Origin: Vitrella brassicaformis CCMP3155
Taxonomy: Eukaryota; Protista; Chromerida
Length of the DNA stretch: 64,000 nucleotides
Direction of reading: 5' to 3'
Assembly: GCA_001179505.1 (NCBI GenBank)
Contig: CDMY01000348.1
Location: 1-64,000 of the forward strand
Position 1 is the stretch's first letter, and the number at the start of each line of letters is the position of its first letter. Under the pieces are notes generated by a model. That model did no database searches and was not told the DNA's origin. It worked only from the letters and a program-made list of their open reading frames with translations. Both the position numbers and the translations under genes were made by a program. Below, piece by piece: positions 1-11,500 of this stretch.

Positions 1-410
1 TCTTATCAGCCATCACCGAAGTGAGATCTGTGTTGACCACCCTTCATGATGCCATACATGGACAGAAACAACTTGGACTGACTGGCCAGTCCATCGGTCT
101 TATTAAAGTAAAAGCACTCTTACTCTGGGACTTACCGCCCAGCAGATCCTCTATTCAGCTAACTACAGGAAAGGTCCTCACCGGCCTTTTCGCACACGGC
201 TGCTGGCCACGGATCGACGGCCAGTGCTCATCGTTGCTTCTTCTGCTCACGTTAGCACCCATTTCCTCGTCAACTCATCTATTTTCGAGCTCCGAGCTAG
301 GACATTTCGTGAAACTGCTCGTCGAAACCCTGAAGCCCAAACCCGTGCTTCGCTCAACAAAAACTTCAAACAAAACAGATAAACAGGAGGTGCATTCAGC
401 CTTCGCCAGT

Positions 411-885
411 CAGATAGTCGCCGAGGGTCGCAGCTGACCGTTCCGTTCTTTTTCGCCCTCAATCGTTGTGCTGGTTGGTGCTCCTGATGGGATGACTGCC
501 AAGGTGAGGAAAAGAACAGACTCGCGGCTGCCAGAGGGCATGCATGGCATGCACGTCCCGATGCATTGATGTGCTTATCGCCTGTTATTCACTGCATGCT
601 TTAGGGACGCTCTGTGACGAAGCGCCGTGGTCGTGGGAGGACTGGTCGTGGGAGGACTGGTCGTGGGAGGACGGCAGCGGTGTGGCGCAAAGTGAGGTAC
701 GCCCGGCCAAAACACCAGCTGTCAGGAAGAGAAGCGTGCCCATCGATGGGCTCACATGGCGGCTGTTCCTTTCGTTGTCTTCAGCACCAAGTCTTTGTCC
801 GAGGTCTCCACCAGGGACGATGCGTCGGCCAACCTCTCGCCCGACAGCACACCCACCGGTGCGCATAACACACCCAGCAGAAAGA
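411..885 (+). repeat. Copy A of a ~480 bp inverted duplicated element
   Basis: CAGATAGTCGCCGAGGGT (411-428), GGGATGACTGCCAAGGTGAGGA, CATCGATGGGCTCACATGGCGGCTGTT and CGACAGCACACCCACCGGTGCGCA all recur as reverse complements at 2750-3199. Confidence 0.9.
628..672. repeat. 15-bp tandem repeat x3 (TGGTCGTGGGAGGAC)
   Basis: Three perfect units, present in copy A but absent from copy B. Confidence 0.95.
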
Positions 886-1124
886 CGAAGGCATTCATGT
901 GATTGTGAGAGTGAGATATCTGAGTGTGTGCGGATCTGTAGGTATGTGCATCAGGCAGGGCACTGCTGCTGGCGGGTTCCCGTTGCTGGAAAGGGCGGAC
1001 GCTGCCAATGACACCAATGAGAAGGTGAGCGTGACACTCCAGAAAGATATCAGCCACATCATGCCTGCCTGCTTTTTTCGGCGTTGTGTTCGTGCAGCAG
1101 ACGCGCCGTCCGCCCCGCTGACTG

Positions 1125-1552
1125 GTGCAATACCCGAAAATGGTGCCCTTTGAGGCCTTCTATCGTGCTTCCAAGACCACCATCGGGCTGGGAGGGGCGT
1201 GCATCGACGAGGGGACCCTGGTGTACGGGACGCACCTGGCCTGCAGGGGCCATGTGGTCATCGGGTGGATCATCGACGGCCTTCTCGATGTGGCCGGCGG
1301 TGGGCTGGAGAGGGTCAACCTGTCCCCATGCAGCGATACTCGAGGCCGCCGAGTACGCCGAGTATCATCGGCGGCCTCGAGTATCGCTGCATGGGATACC
1401 TTCCCATCATGATCGGCACCGCTATGACCCACGAGTATCGCGAGACAAGACTGCTGCCCTTCGCCTCTGTGGGCATCGCGGCGGTGCCCGACAAGTACGG
1501 CGACGGGCTGATGGAGGCGATCCTGCGGGGGGCGGCGAGCAAGGCCACCTGA
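1125..1552 (+). pseudogene. Hypothetical protein exon(s), frameshifted at a hairpin; 5' exons unresolved
   Basis: GC3-rich codons in frame 1125 (PFEAFYRASKTTIGLGG...ERVNLS) switch to GC3-rich codons in frame 1199 (IIGGLEYRCMGYLPIM...KAT*) across 1325-1395. Confidence 0.55.
1325..1395. repeat. Perfect 28-bp inverted repeat with a 15-nt loop
   Basis: 1325-1352 (CCCATGCAGCGATACTCGAGGCCGCCGA) is the exact reverse complement of 1368-1395. Confidence 0.98.
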
Positions 1553-2749
1553 CAAGAGTGAAGACAGACCAACACACGGGGACTGGGGGGATGGATGGAT
1601 GGCCTGTGCTGTGTAAGGGGCTGCACGTTCAATTGACCGACCCGACTGTGTTGTGCTTGGGCTGGCTGCTGGATGGATGCCGCATGGAATGTCAGACAAG
1701 GATGGTCTGAGCGAGGCTTTTTCTTCGTCAGCAAGCGAGGCTCTCACTACCACGCATAAGCGCACCGAACACAAAGAGCACACCTTGCTGTATCTTTTCT
1801 ACCTTGGCCCTTCTTGCCTCGCCTGCATGTCAAGCTGCATGTCGTATGCTATATCAACTACCTCTGTGTGTCTGCAGTAGGATCGGTTTGTCCCGTCTGG
1901 CCGTCTGCTGTGCTGTTGTCCTGCGATATCGAGCATCGCATTTAATGGCGTTTGTCTCTGCCTTCTCTCCTCAAGCATGGGTACACGAGGAGGGCAGAAT
2001 TAATCAACTAGGTGGGCTGCCTTTTCGGCCGCCCCGTCGTTCATGTCTGGCTGTGCGTACCGCTGGCTGCGTGGCTGGCTGGCTGGCTGGAAGTCATGTC
2101 ATCATACGTAAGAGACAGGATACCCACGCGCTCATGGATGCAATGTGAATCTGTGCATGTCGGCCAGAATTGCGAATGTCGTGACAGTGAGTGAGTGCTT
2201 GAGCAGGTCGTCGACTTCTTGTGAGGGGTATGTAGAGCGGTAGAGAGAGGGACCCTGTGTGAGGTAGAGAGAGGGGACGGGACCTTCGCGAAGGCGACTG
2301 TGTGTGTAGCTGGGAGAGAGAGAGGGAATGGTTCGACTCATCTTCTGTGTCGATTAGCTAGCTGGCCAGACCGTTTGACGACTTTCTTTTTCGTCTGTGT
2401 GTGACTGATTGGTCCACATATTCTGAAGTGGAGATGGCCATTGCAAGGTCAACGAAGTCCAAGTCATTGGAATATAAAATGTAGGCAGCCATCCCATCAT
2501 CCATCGCTGACTGACTGACCCCCGTCAAAATCGATACACGCTCACTGTCTACAACATCGCTGTGCTGCGACAGGTGGCCACCTGCAGCAGATAGGCAGAC
2601 ACACAGAGAAATAAGAAGACACCACACACATACAGAGAGGGACAGAGACAGAGCGAGAGGGAGACAGGTAGAGATAGCCACATGGTTTCTCCTCGGTCCA
2701 CCTTGTTGGATGAGTGTACCCACCCACCGGGCATCTAGGTTTTGGGCCG

Positions 2750-3199
2750 CCGCTTCGTCCGCTGCGTGTGTTGTGCGCACCGGTGGGTGTGCTGTCGGGC
2801 GTCAGGTTGGGCGACCACTTGTCCCTGGTGGAGGCCGCGGACAAAGTGCTGAAGACAAAGAAAGAAACAGCCGCCATGTGAGCCCATCGATGGGCACGCT
2901 TCTCCTCCTGACAGTGCTCTGGCTCAGCCAAGGGCTCAGCATGGGCGTACCTCACTTTGCGCCACACCATCTTTGAGCTGTACGTCCATGGCCCTTGGTG
3001 ACAGTACGTCCCTGAAGCATGCAGTGCATAACACGCGATAGGCACATCAATGCATCGGGACGCGCATGCCATGGATGCCTTCTGCCAGCCGCGAGTCCGT
3101 CTTCTCCTCACCTTGGCAGTCATCCCACCAGCCAGCGGCATCCCGTCAATACAATTAGGGCGAAACAGAAGAGAACGGTCAACCCTCGGCGACTATCTG
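2750..3199 (-). repeat. Copy B of the ~480 bp inverted duplicated element
   Basis: Reverse complement of 411-885, with high identity in several blocks. Confidence 0.9.
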
Positions 3200-4250
3200 G
3201 CCGCTTCGGACACTCGTGGTGGAAGTTTTTCAAACCGCAGAACTTGCATGTGATCATGCACGGGTTGGGGCAGTTCCTGAGGCGGTTGGGCTTCTTGGGG
3301 GCCGGGGGCTTGCGGGAGGGCGGCGGGAGGCCGCTGTTGGTCTGCGATATGGTGGAGGGCTCTTGGTCTTTGGGTTTGCGACGCGAACGCCTCGAGGGCT
3401 GCAGGGCTCTGCCATCGTTGAGCGTGAAATCATTCAACTCTGTACGTGTCCACGCACACGAGCAATCAGCCATGGGTATAAGGTGCTTCTCTTTGGTATG
3501 AGCGTGTCTCTTCGCTGACCATTCTCCACAGATGAGAGTTTGCGCTTCTGGCCACGGCCGCCGCTCTTTTTGTTTTTCCTGTCAGCGCCCGGCACCCACT
3601 CCTCTTCGCCATCCCTCTCAACATTCACAGGACCTGCACACGCATGACACACATGATGCAGTCACTGAGTGAAGGTTTCCTGCGCGTTGCCCTCCACTGG
3701 GTACATGTACCGCTCTTGTTTGAGTGGTTCTTCCGGGCCTTTCGCTTCAGCCCGGTGGCCTCCGTGGCGGCCACCCCTTGAGTAAGCTGAGGGACGGCCA
3801 CCTGCACCAGATCGCCGAAAAGAGATGCTGTGTTGATGGACAGCAGCCGTGTCAGAATGTCGCAGAGGACCCCAGTTTGGGTGAAAGTGGTAGAGTGGGC
3901 GTTGACAAGGGCCTCGAGCTGCGAGTAACTGCCGACGTACCCGGCAATGAGAGGCACTGCTTCCTCAGGAACATCTGATGCGCGGATGGGATGCGTACTC
4001 GGAGGGGGCTGGTAGTCAGCTATTGCTGTGCTGCTGGCCCCGGGCAGGCGGCGTTGGGCTTGGTGACGCCGGACGGCTGCCTGCACTCGAACAGCCGCCC
4101 TCTGTTGCGCTTCTCGAAGTGTGCGGCGTCGGGCGTGGGACAGGACGCCTTGTGGCCATTGTGGGAGGTGCTGGGGCGTGAAGGGCGCGGCACAGCATAG
4201 CACCCAGCAGATGGGTGAGTGGTTTGGCCAGATCAAGGCTCACCATTCCA
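3120..4250 (-). CDS. Hypothetical multi-exon protein: IQ-like motif, F-box-like motif, C-terminal Cys/His cluster
   Basis: ORFs 3625-4236, 3434-3652 and 3120-3473 join through GT-AG introns with matching phase 1. Motifs: AAVRVQAAVRRHQAQR, DVPEEAVPLIAGYV, CPNPCMITCKFCGLKNFHHEC. Start codon is approximate. Confidence 0.65.
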
Positions 4251-4619
4251 TAGCTGTGCGACCGTGACGGTGTGACTAGTACGGTGATCTGAGGCTCTGA
4301 GCGAAGCGAAAGCAAGGCTAAAAAGGATACGTGGAAAAAGTGTCTCGTGAATCGCGATTTCTCGCCGCTGGGCCCCTCGACGTTGGCCCCTCGCACCGTT
4401 ATAGCGTCTGGCAGCGACTTTTTGGGTGGTGGCTCGCACATGACATTCTGGCTGGACAGATTCATGTGATGTGCGATGAATAAGGTAGATGCCTGTAGGC
4501 CTGCCTGTACTCGTGGCTGGATGGGGATGTGCACGGCCGACTTGATGGATGCATGGGTGGCTTCATCGTGCACGCACACTCTTGACGCCACGCACGGCAC
4601 GCACACGAAATGCTGTCAA

Positions 4620-5200
4620 CATACACACGAGCACAACATCTCTGTCTGTCTGTCTGTCTGTCTGTGCTTGGGCTCGCCGAGTGGCTCGGCAGCTACAGCC
4701 CTCACACTTCGATCTGCCCACCGTGTGTGTGCCTTGCCTTGTACTTGCCCATCTCCCCTCTGCTGCTGTCTGTCCTCTCCTCTCAGCCACTGAGGGAGAG
4801 GGAGCGAGAGGAGAGGAAGAGGCCAGACAGTAGGAGGGAACGAAGGATCGAGGCAGACAGAGGCAGCAAGGCAGGCAGACAGACAGACATACAGACAGAC
4901 AGACAGACGAGTGAGTCAGCCATCAATCAGGCAGAGGTATACCATCCATCCATCCAGCACCACCACACACAGCAGTAGTGTGGGGCGTACTCGTTCCCTC
5001 TCTCTGCTATCGTTCATTCCCATACCTACCCAGTCAGTCGCCCCCCCACCCCCACACAAACACACACACACACACATGCATCCCATGCAGCCCCGTCAGC
5101 TATCCCCACCCACTGCCCGCCTGCTACAAAGGAATCCACCAAGATAGCCAGCCTGACGAACAATCACCATCACACACACACACACACACACACAGAGCAG
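4620..5200. repeat. Microsatellite-rich intergenic/UTR region, (TCTG)n, (GACA)n, (CA)n, (CCAT)n
   Basis: Visible simple repeats at ~4625, 4870-4910, 5060 and 5172-5194. Confidence 0.85.
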
Positions 5201-5261
5201 ACATGCACATGGTCACACAATTGCACCGCCCTTCAGGTGAATGAGTGTCACTCCCTCACCA

Positions 5262-7482
5262 TCAGGCATGGGAAGGTGCTGTCATTTCCAACAGTGTATT
5301 GCCCCACGCCTGGGTGACGCTTGTGATGGTCAAGGCACCGATGTTGGCGCCGTCAGGGAGGGAGGCGGTGATGGAATCATGCTGCTCAGCCGACACGCCG
5401 TAGACCTTCAGCTGTACGCGCCGCAGTCCCCTGACGCGGCGGATCAGCGCTGAGAGGCGGGTGCGGACGAAGCGGCCGGCATCCTCCACATCAGCATACA
5501 CTGAAGGTGACGGAAACACACACAAGGCAGGCAGAAATGAGGATGGAAGGACGGACACGGACGCTTCCCCTCCCTCTCGGCGTACTTGTCATGGTCATGA
5601 AAGGAAGTTCCCTGATCTTCGGCAACCTGTCGCCCGCCCCCCCCAGCAGCTGGCCGACACGGAACTCCGTCCGCACCACCCCCACCTCCCTGTCCCTCCC
5701 TAGCGCCATCAACACGCCCACCTTCTCCCCCTCATCAGGCAACCACGCGTCAATCGTCACCGACTCCACCTGCTTGCCGATGGGCATCTTGTCGGCCAGC
5801 AGCCGGCCAGCTGCACCGCCCAATTCACTGAAGACACTCAGCTCTCGGGCATTTGGGAATGGCTGCATGTGGGTGATGATGGATGGATGGGGCGATGGGG
5901 TGTCGTCCGGGGGATCGAAGCCGTAGGCATCCTTGACGACCACCTCCGTGGCCTCGTCAAATGAGAGGCTGGATACGATGCCGATGGCCGATTGGCTGGG
6001 GTTGTGTGCGGGTCGGTGAGGCCCTCCTGAGTGAAGACGTACTGCACCGTGTATGCCCGCGAGGCCAGCTGCTGCATCATGGTCTTGAATGAGGCTGAGG
6101 GGCGGGGTGGAAAGTCGCTGTCGTAGAATGTGTCGAGGTCAAACTCGGATTCGGAAGGACCATGGGTGGGGAAGGAGAGTTGGGCGTCCGGTTGGCAGCA
6201 CTTCAGGATCAGCCGGTCCAGGGCAAGCAGCACGGGCAAGGTGCGGCGGCCGACGCGGTAGTCGTCAGCAAATTCCACCTGTAGCTGCTTGAGCGTACGC
6301 CGGCAGCCACGGGCAACGAGCGCTTCCTGAATACAACAACACACACATACAGGAAGGACATCATCAGCCAACCCACACAAGCTGCCGTGTGCGCTAGTTG
6401 TCACCTGAAGCTGGTCGACGCCCACCGGACTGTCTTCTACCACCACGACGGTGCCGATGCTCTCCAGCTGTGCGAGTGGCCCTCCCTGCTGCCCAGCAGG
6501 TGCCGCAGGGATGCCCTTGAACACACCCGCCCACCCCCCACTGTCAAATCCGCCGCCCACCCGCTGCAGGGAGCGGGACGAACTGATGAGTCGGCCCAGT
6601 CTGTCAGGGCGCCACTGCTCCTGCTGCACGATGGCGAGTGAGGGCAGCCGCCAGCCCCGATCGGTTAACTCCCAATGTTTGTTGCCCCTCAGACCCTCAA
6701 TGGTCGTGAGTGCGTCCAGGGTCGGGGGCGGGTCGAGAGGAGGGGGGAAGGGTGGATGAGTGAGTGGTGCATGAGTCCTTGTGACGGGCTGTCTCGCTGT
6801 GCCGGTCAGCCGAACCCCTTGTTGGAAGGTGATGGTCTCCAGGGTCCCTCCTTTCATGTTGGCTGCAGCACGTCGGCCGGCAATGTGGCCCTCCACCATG
6901 GCCACAAACACGTCCAGACACCACCGAGCAGCGCCGAACGGATAGCGGACGGTGACTGACATGAGGCGGGTGAGTCGGGCGGCCAGCTGGGTGACGAATT
7001 CGAGATGGACGTGCTGCCAAAACGACCGTTCCTCCTTGGTTGCTGAGCTGATGGTGACGTCCGAGAGGTCCGGTGCCGCCTGCTGCCAGATGGACTTGGA
7101 CAGCTGCACCATCAGGTGGAGGGGGAGGAAGGCCATCATGTAGCTGAGAACGCCCTCCTGCAACACAAACAACCACACAGCACACGGGACGGCAAGAGAA
7201 GTCCAGCAGTGCACACATGGCCCTCAGCGCGCCAGTGCCACGCACCGTGTCAGTGATTTGTCGGGGAAGGAGGCGCTCCCTCTCTTGCCGCCGCCGCTGC
7301 CGCTCATCACTCGCAACACCACTACCGCCACCAACACTACCACCAGATGCAGCAGCAGCTGCCGGCGCGTCACCCTGCACCCATACACCCAACACACAAA
7401 CACAGCCAGCACCCCTCTGGTGAAATGCGCCATCCATTGCAAGCGGTGCTGCCATGCGCCTCACCTGTCTACCCTCCTCCAT
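5262..7482 (-). CDS. Lineage-expanded hypothetical protein with an F-box-like N-terminus and degenerate LRR-like body
   Basis: MEEGRQ|GDAP...LLPRQITDT|EGVLSYMMAFLPLHLMVQL joined by GT-AG introns; further exons in ORFs 5838-7214, 5491-5943 and 5262-5558. Confidence 0.75.
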
Positions 7483-7729
7483 TGCTAGATGTAGATTTGC
7501 GCTGCGATGTCCCTCCCTGACGCACAAACACACAGCCCATGGGGGCCGCACTGATGGGAAATTCGCCTTCTCTCTGAATGGCGTACCTCAGGAACGACAG
7601 ACGCGATGATTCTTCTCACAATTGCTCAGAATTTTGCTTAGTCAACCACATCGATTCGGCCAGGTCACCGTGAGGTCGACGAACGAACGAACGAGGCCGG
7701 GGGTTAAGGAACGAACGAGGCCTCCGAAA

Positions 7730-7758
7730 GTTTAGGGTTTGACCCTAAACCCTAAACC
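7730..7758. promoter_or_regulatory. Telomere-like (TTTAGGG/CCCTAAA) telo-box palindrome
   Basis: GTTTAGGGT-TTG-ACCCTAAAC-CCTAAACC, ~250 bp upstream of the ATG at 7482. Confidence 0.5.
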
Positions 7759-8513
7759 TCCTTTGTAAGGCGGTGTGAGCGGTTTTATTGATATGAGGCC
7801 CTGATGTGGATAGTCACATGCAGCAGTACATAAACCCTGACTGACAGAGAGTGCTCTGTTCTCGATGGTGACTCGATGAAAGAACCCACCCATACATACA
7901 ACGTCTACATGACGTGGATGTCTTCACCATGAAAGAGACACGTGCCACTACCAACCAGCTGACACAAGTGCAGCCAGACATGGCATGGCCCTCATTGGAC
8001 TGCGAGAAGCAGCTCTTAAAACATATGGACACACTCCATCAAGCTGGTCTGTCTGTCTGTCTGTCTCTTTGTGTCAACGAAGGCAAGGCGATCCATCTGA
8101 TTGCAAAAAGGAGGGGAAAATGCGTGTGTGGACACGCTGATAAATAGACTGCGATAGCCGCCGATAGAGTGCGATGTACAAAGATAGATTGCTACGAAAA
8201 TGCTCCTTCCTCTGTAGACATCTCACACACGCCACTAGCCATACATGGCCATTCTTTCCATGGCCTTCCACGACAGCACCTAAAACGTATACAACCACAC
8301 ATCCATCAAGCTGTCTGCCTATAAGCATAGGCCAAGCTGGTCTACATGTATCTGACTGTCTGGCGCCTGATCGACTAACGGCCACGTGCGATGCCATACG
8401 GACACAGGAGGGAAAATCGCGTGTCTAGAGTGCGATAAACCTCTCAGGGAAGAAGTGAGTGGCCACAGAAATGAAGAAAGGTAGAGTCCGATATCGCCGT
8501 GTGTCATTGATCG

Positions 8514-11500
8514 TCATTGGTCATGTCGGCTGATGGTGCGGCGGATGAGCGATTTGATGACCAAGTCGAATATGCCCCCAAAGACGTCCTCTCGGGCCGC
8601 ATCGATGAGTGCCGCCTCCACCCGCCCCTCATCAGACCCATCGCTGTCTTGGGGCGGCTCCACCAGCAGTGACATGCTCATGCCTGATATCCCATACTGC
8701 ACACACACAAATGGAATCCATGTGCCGCATTCTGTGTGTTGTGTGTTGACTGACCTCTTTGATTTTGTCGATGACGTGTTGTAGTTTGCCGCCGTGCCGC
8801 TGCCTCTTGTCGGCCGCCATGACGCCCATCTCACGCTCGATGGCCGACACCAGACGTGCTGAGTCCCACAGCTGGCCGGCAGCCAGGCCTTCTCCGTCCT
8901 CCCTCACACCATCCCCAGGAGGCCACTGGACGGCCCCCCGTCGCTTGAGTGCCCGCAGGAAGCGCCGCAGCTGCGCTATGATGACGAGTGCGATGCCCTT
9001 TGGCAGGCCGAGGTCACGGCCGATGTCCTCATCCGCCGCCACACTGTCAGTGTCATCCAACATGTCCAGCAAACTCAGCGCCGAAACGATATCTAACGCC
9101 TACACACACAGAAGAGAAGACGACACACATACATTGAAGTCAGCCTGCCTTCACATGTGTCTGTGTGGTGTGCTGACCATGATGTTGTCGGCAACCTGTC
9201 GCATGTCGGGTGATGGGTGGGCCTTGAGCAGCTCCACCAGCTGAACCTTCGTCAACTCATCGAACGGAATCACAGCTCCCTCCCTCCCTCCATAACCATC
9301 GCCATGCCAACCATGCCGCCCCTCGCCCACCTCCCCATCCGCCATGCGACCGGCCTCATTCGGGTCTCGTTCCTGCGGCACATTGGGTGCGTGTGGGCCC
9401 TTGACGGGCTGATAGGGCGGCGGCCGCATCGTCATGTCGATGTCGGCCAGCTCGTCACCACCCGGCAGCTGCTCGTCATCTGCCGCCTTGAGCGGCTTGG
9501 GCAGGGCTGGTGTGGTGTGCTGCTGATTGGTCTTCTGAAGCTGTTTGATGAATCGACTGGCGGCCTCCTTGATGTCCTCGCCGTCACGCTGCCCAACCAT
9601 GGCCGGCAGCTCATGACGCACAAACGAGTCGATGGACGCAAAGCTGAGAGCTGGGACGGCCGCCAACATCGCCCCAATGTTGTGACCCACTTGACCATAC
9701 TCGCGACAGAGGACCATCCGCTGGGCGTGTGTCATGGGCTGCTGGTCCTCAGTGCCGTGAATGTCCATCCCCTGCTGGCGGCATGCCCAAGCGGCATCGA
9801 TGGCCGCCCCCATGGCCTCCCTGGTGGCCGCTGAGAGGGGCACCGACTGCACTGGTGACCCCGGCAGGACCACCTCGACGGCCAGCTGCGTCAGGGCAGA
9901 CCCACTCCTGAACCGCAGACACAGAGGCGTTTCGGGATGGGCTCGGCCGAGTGCCTCCAGCTGCTGGTAGAAGTGGCGAATCAAATGCCCCTGCTGGACC
10001 GGGGACACACGAGGGCCGCGACTGGCCGTGCGATGCGTCGGCAGCCCACCAGGGGGGCCCTCCCGCAGCCAACTGGAGGCCTCCGGCGAGGGATTGTGGT
10101 TGGGTCGGCCGTCTCTCCGGTCCTGGCGCTTGGTGTCAGGGCGAGCCGTAGGGTGCAAGGGAGCACCGCCCCTCAGACCACCTTGACGCAGCTGAGGCGC
10201 CAGTCGCTGTTTGACGGGCAGAGGATCGTCGCCATCGTCGGCACTTCTTGAGTCAGCCGGGTCGCCATGGCTCTCCGCCCCTCCCTCTGACGTGTCCAAT
10301 CGCTCCATCCTCTGTCTGTGCGCAATGGCGGCCTCCTTAGCGCCCTCGAAGCCAAGCTGCTTGACGTAGAAGGACTTGCGCTTCTGCTTGCCGGCCTCCT
10401 GCCAGCTGACCTGCCATGCGTTGACTTTCTTGTGGTAGCTGACGCCCTCGACGCCGCTCTGATGCTTGGATCGTCGCAAGATGGAAGCCCGGCCGGTGCT
10501 CTCCATCTCGCGACGATGCTGCTCGGCCAACCCCTGATACACGTGACAGACAGAACGAGGGCTGGCGGTGTTGGGCTGCGCGAGCGGGGTGGTGCTGTGC
10601 TGCACCTTAGCTTTGTCGAATCCATGTTTTCTGACGTAGAAATACTTGTACTCCCGCTTGCCGTCCCTCGTGTTGCACCACTTGGCTAACCACGCCTGAT
10701 GCTGCTCACACCAGTGGACGCCCGACACGTCAGACTGGTGCTCGGCAGCCCTTCGTATGCCCTGGCCGGCCTTGGTTGTCTTGTGACTGTTGGGGCTCGG
10801 CCGTCTCTCCGCTACGGATGGGCTCCTGCTGGCGAGAGCCGCATCTCGGCGGCGGTGCTTGCGAGAGCGGCTGTGGTCGGATGACTTGTCACGCACCGAT
10901 AGGCCCAGCTCCTCCTCGCCCCCCTGCTGCTGCCGGTCGAGCCATGAGAGGTCGATAATGGTCGCACGGTCGCCGAGTTGGTCACGGTGGATGCTGTTGC
11001 GGTACGCCACACATTGGCGGAGAGCATCGATGATGCTGCCACGGGAGTCGGGATCATCGATGACGAACTTGCGGAAGCCCAGGTGCTTGCCCTGGCTGTC
11101 AAAGTACGCGGCGAAACGTCTCGGTGAAGTCATACAGACGCCGAATCTGACGAGACGCCAAAGATAGGATGCAAAGATATGTCGCTCCCCCTTGTCGTGT
11201 GTAGCAATGCTCACCCTCCATTGGCCTGTGGGCAGGCGTCGTTGAAGCGTCGTATCAGTCGGTCCACCAGGGCCGTGGCGAGAACAGGTCCAGTCAGTCC
11301 ATCCAGCTCGGCCTCATCGCGCGCCCTCTTGCGGTCGACGGTCTTGCGCTTGGGGGCGGGGCGACGCGGTGGGTCCCCTTGGCCTTTCATGCGACGCGTC
11401 TGACGAGTGCCCGTTGAGTGGGGATGGGCGTCCACCGGGGCATCGCTGTTGTGCTTGCATTTGGGACAGAGCCACTGCCCCTCCGGGACGGCCGTCAGCT

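Noticed and set aside
3210-3290. Cys/His cluster read as a retrotransposon gag zinc knuckle
   Set aside because: No protease, RT, integrase or LTRs nearby, and it splices in phase into a host-type gene.
7730-7758. True telomere or chromosome end
   Set aside because: Only about three units, and genes continue on both sides.
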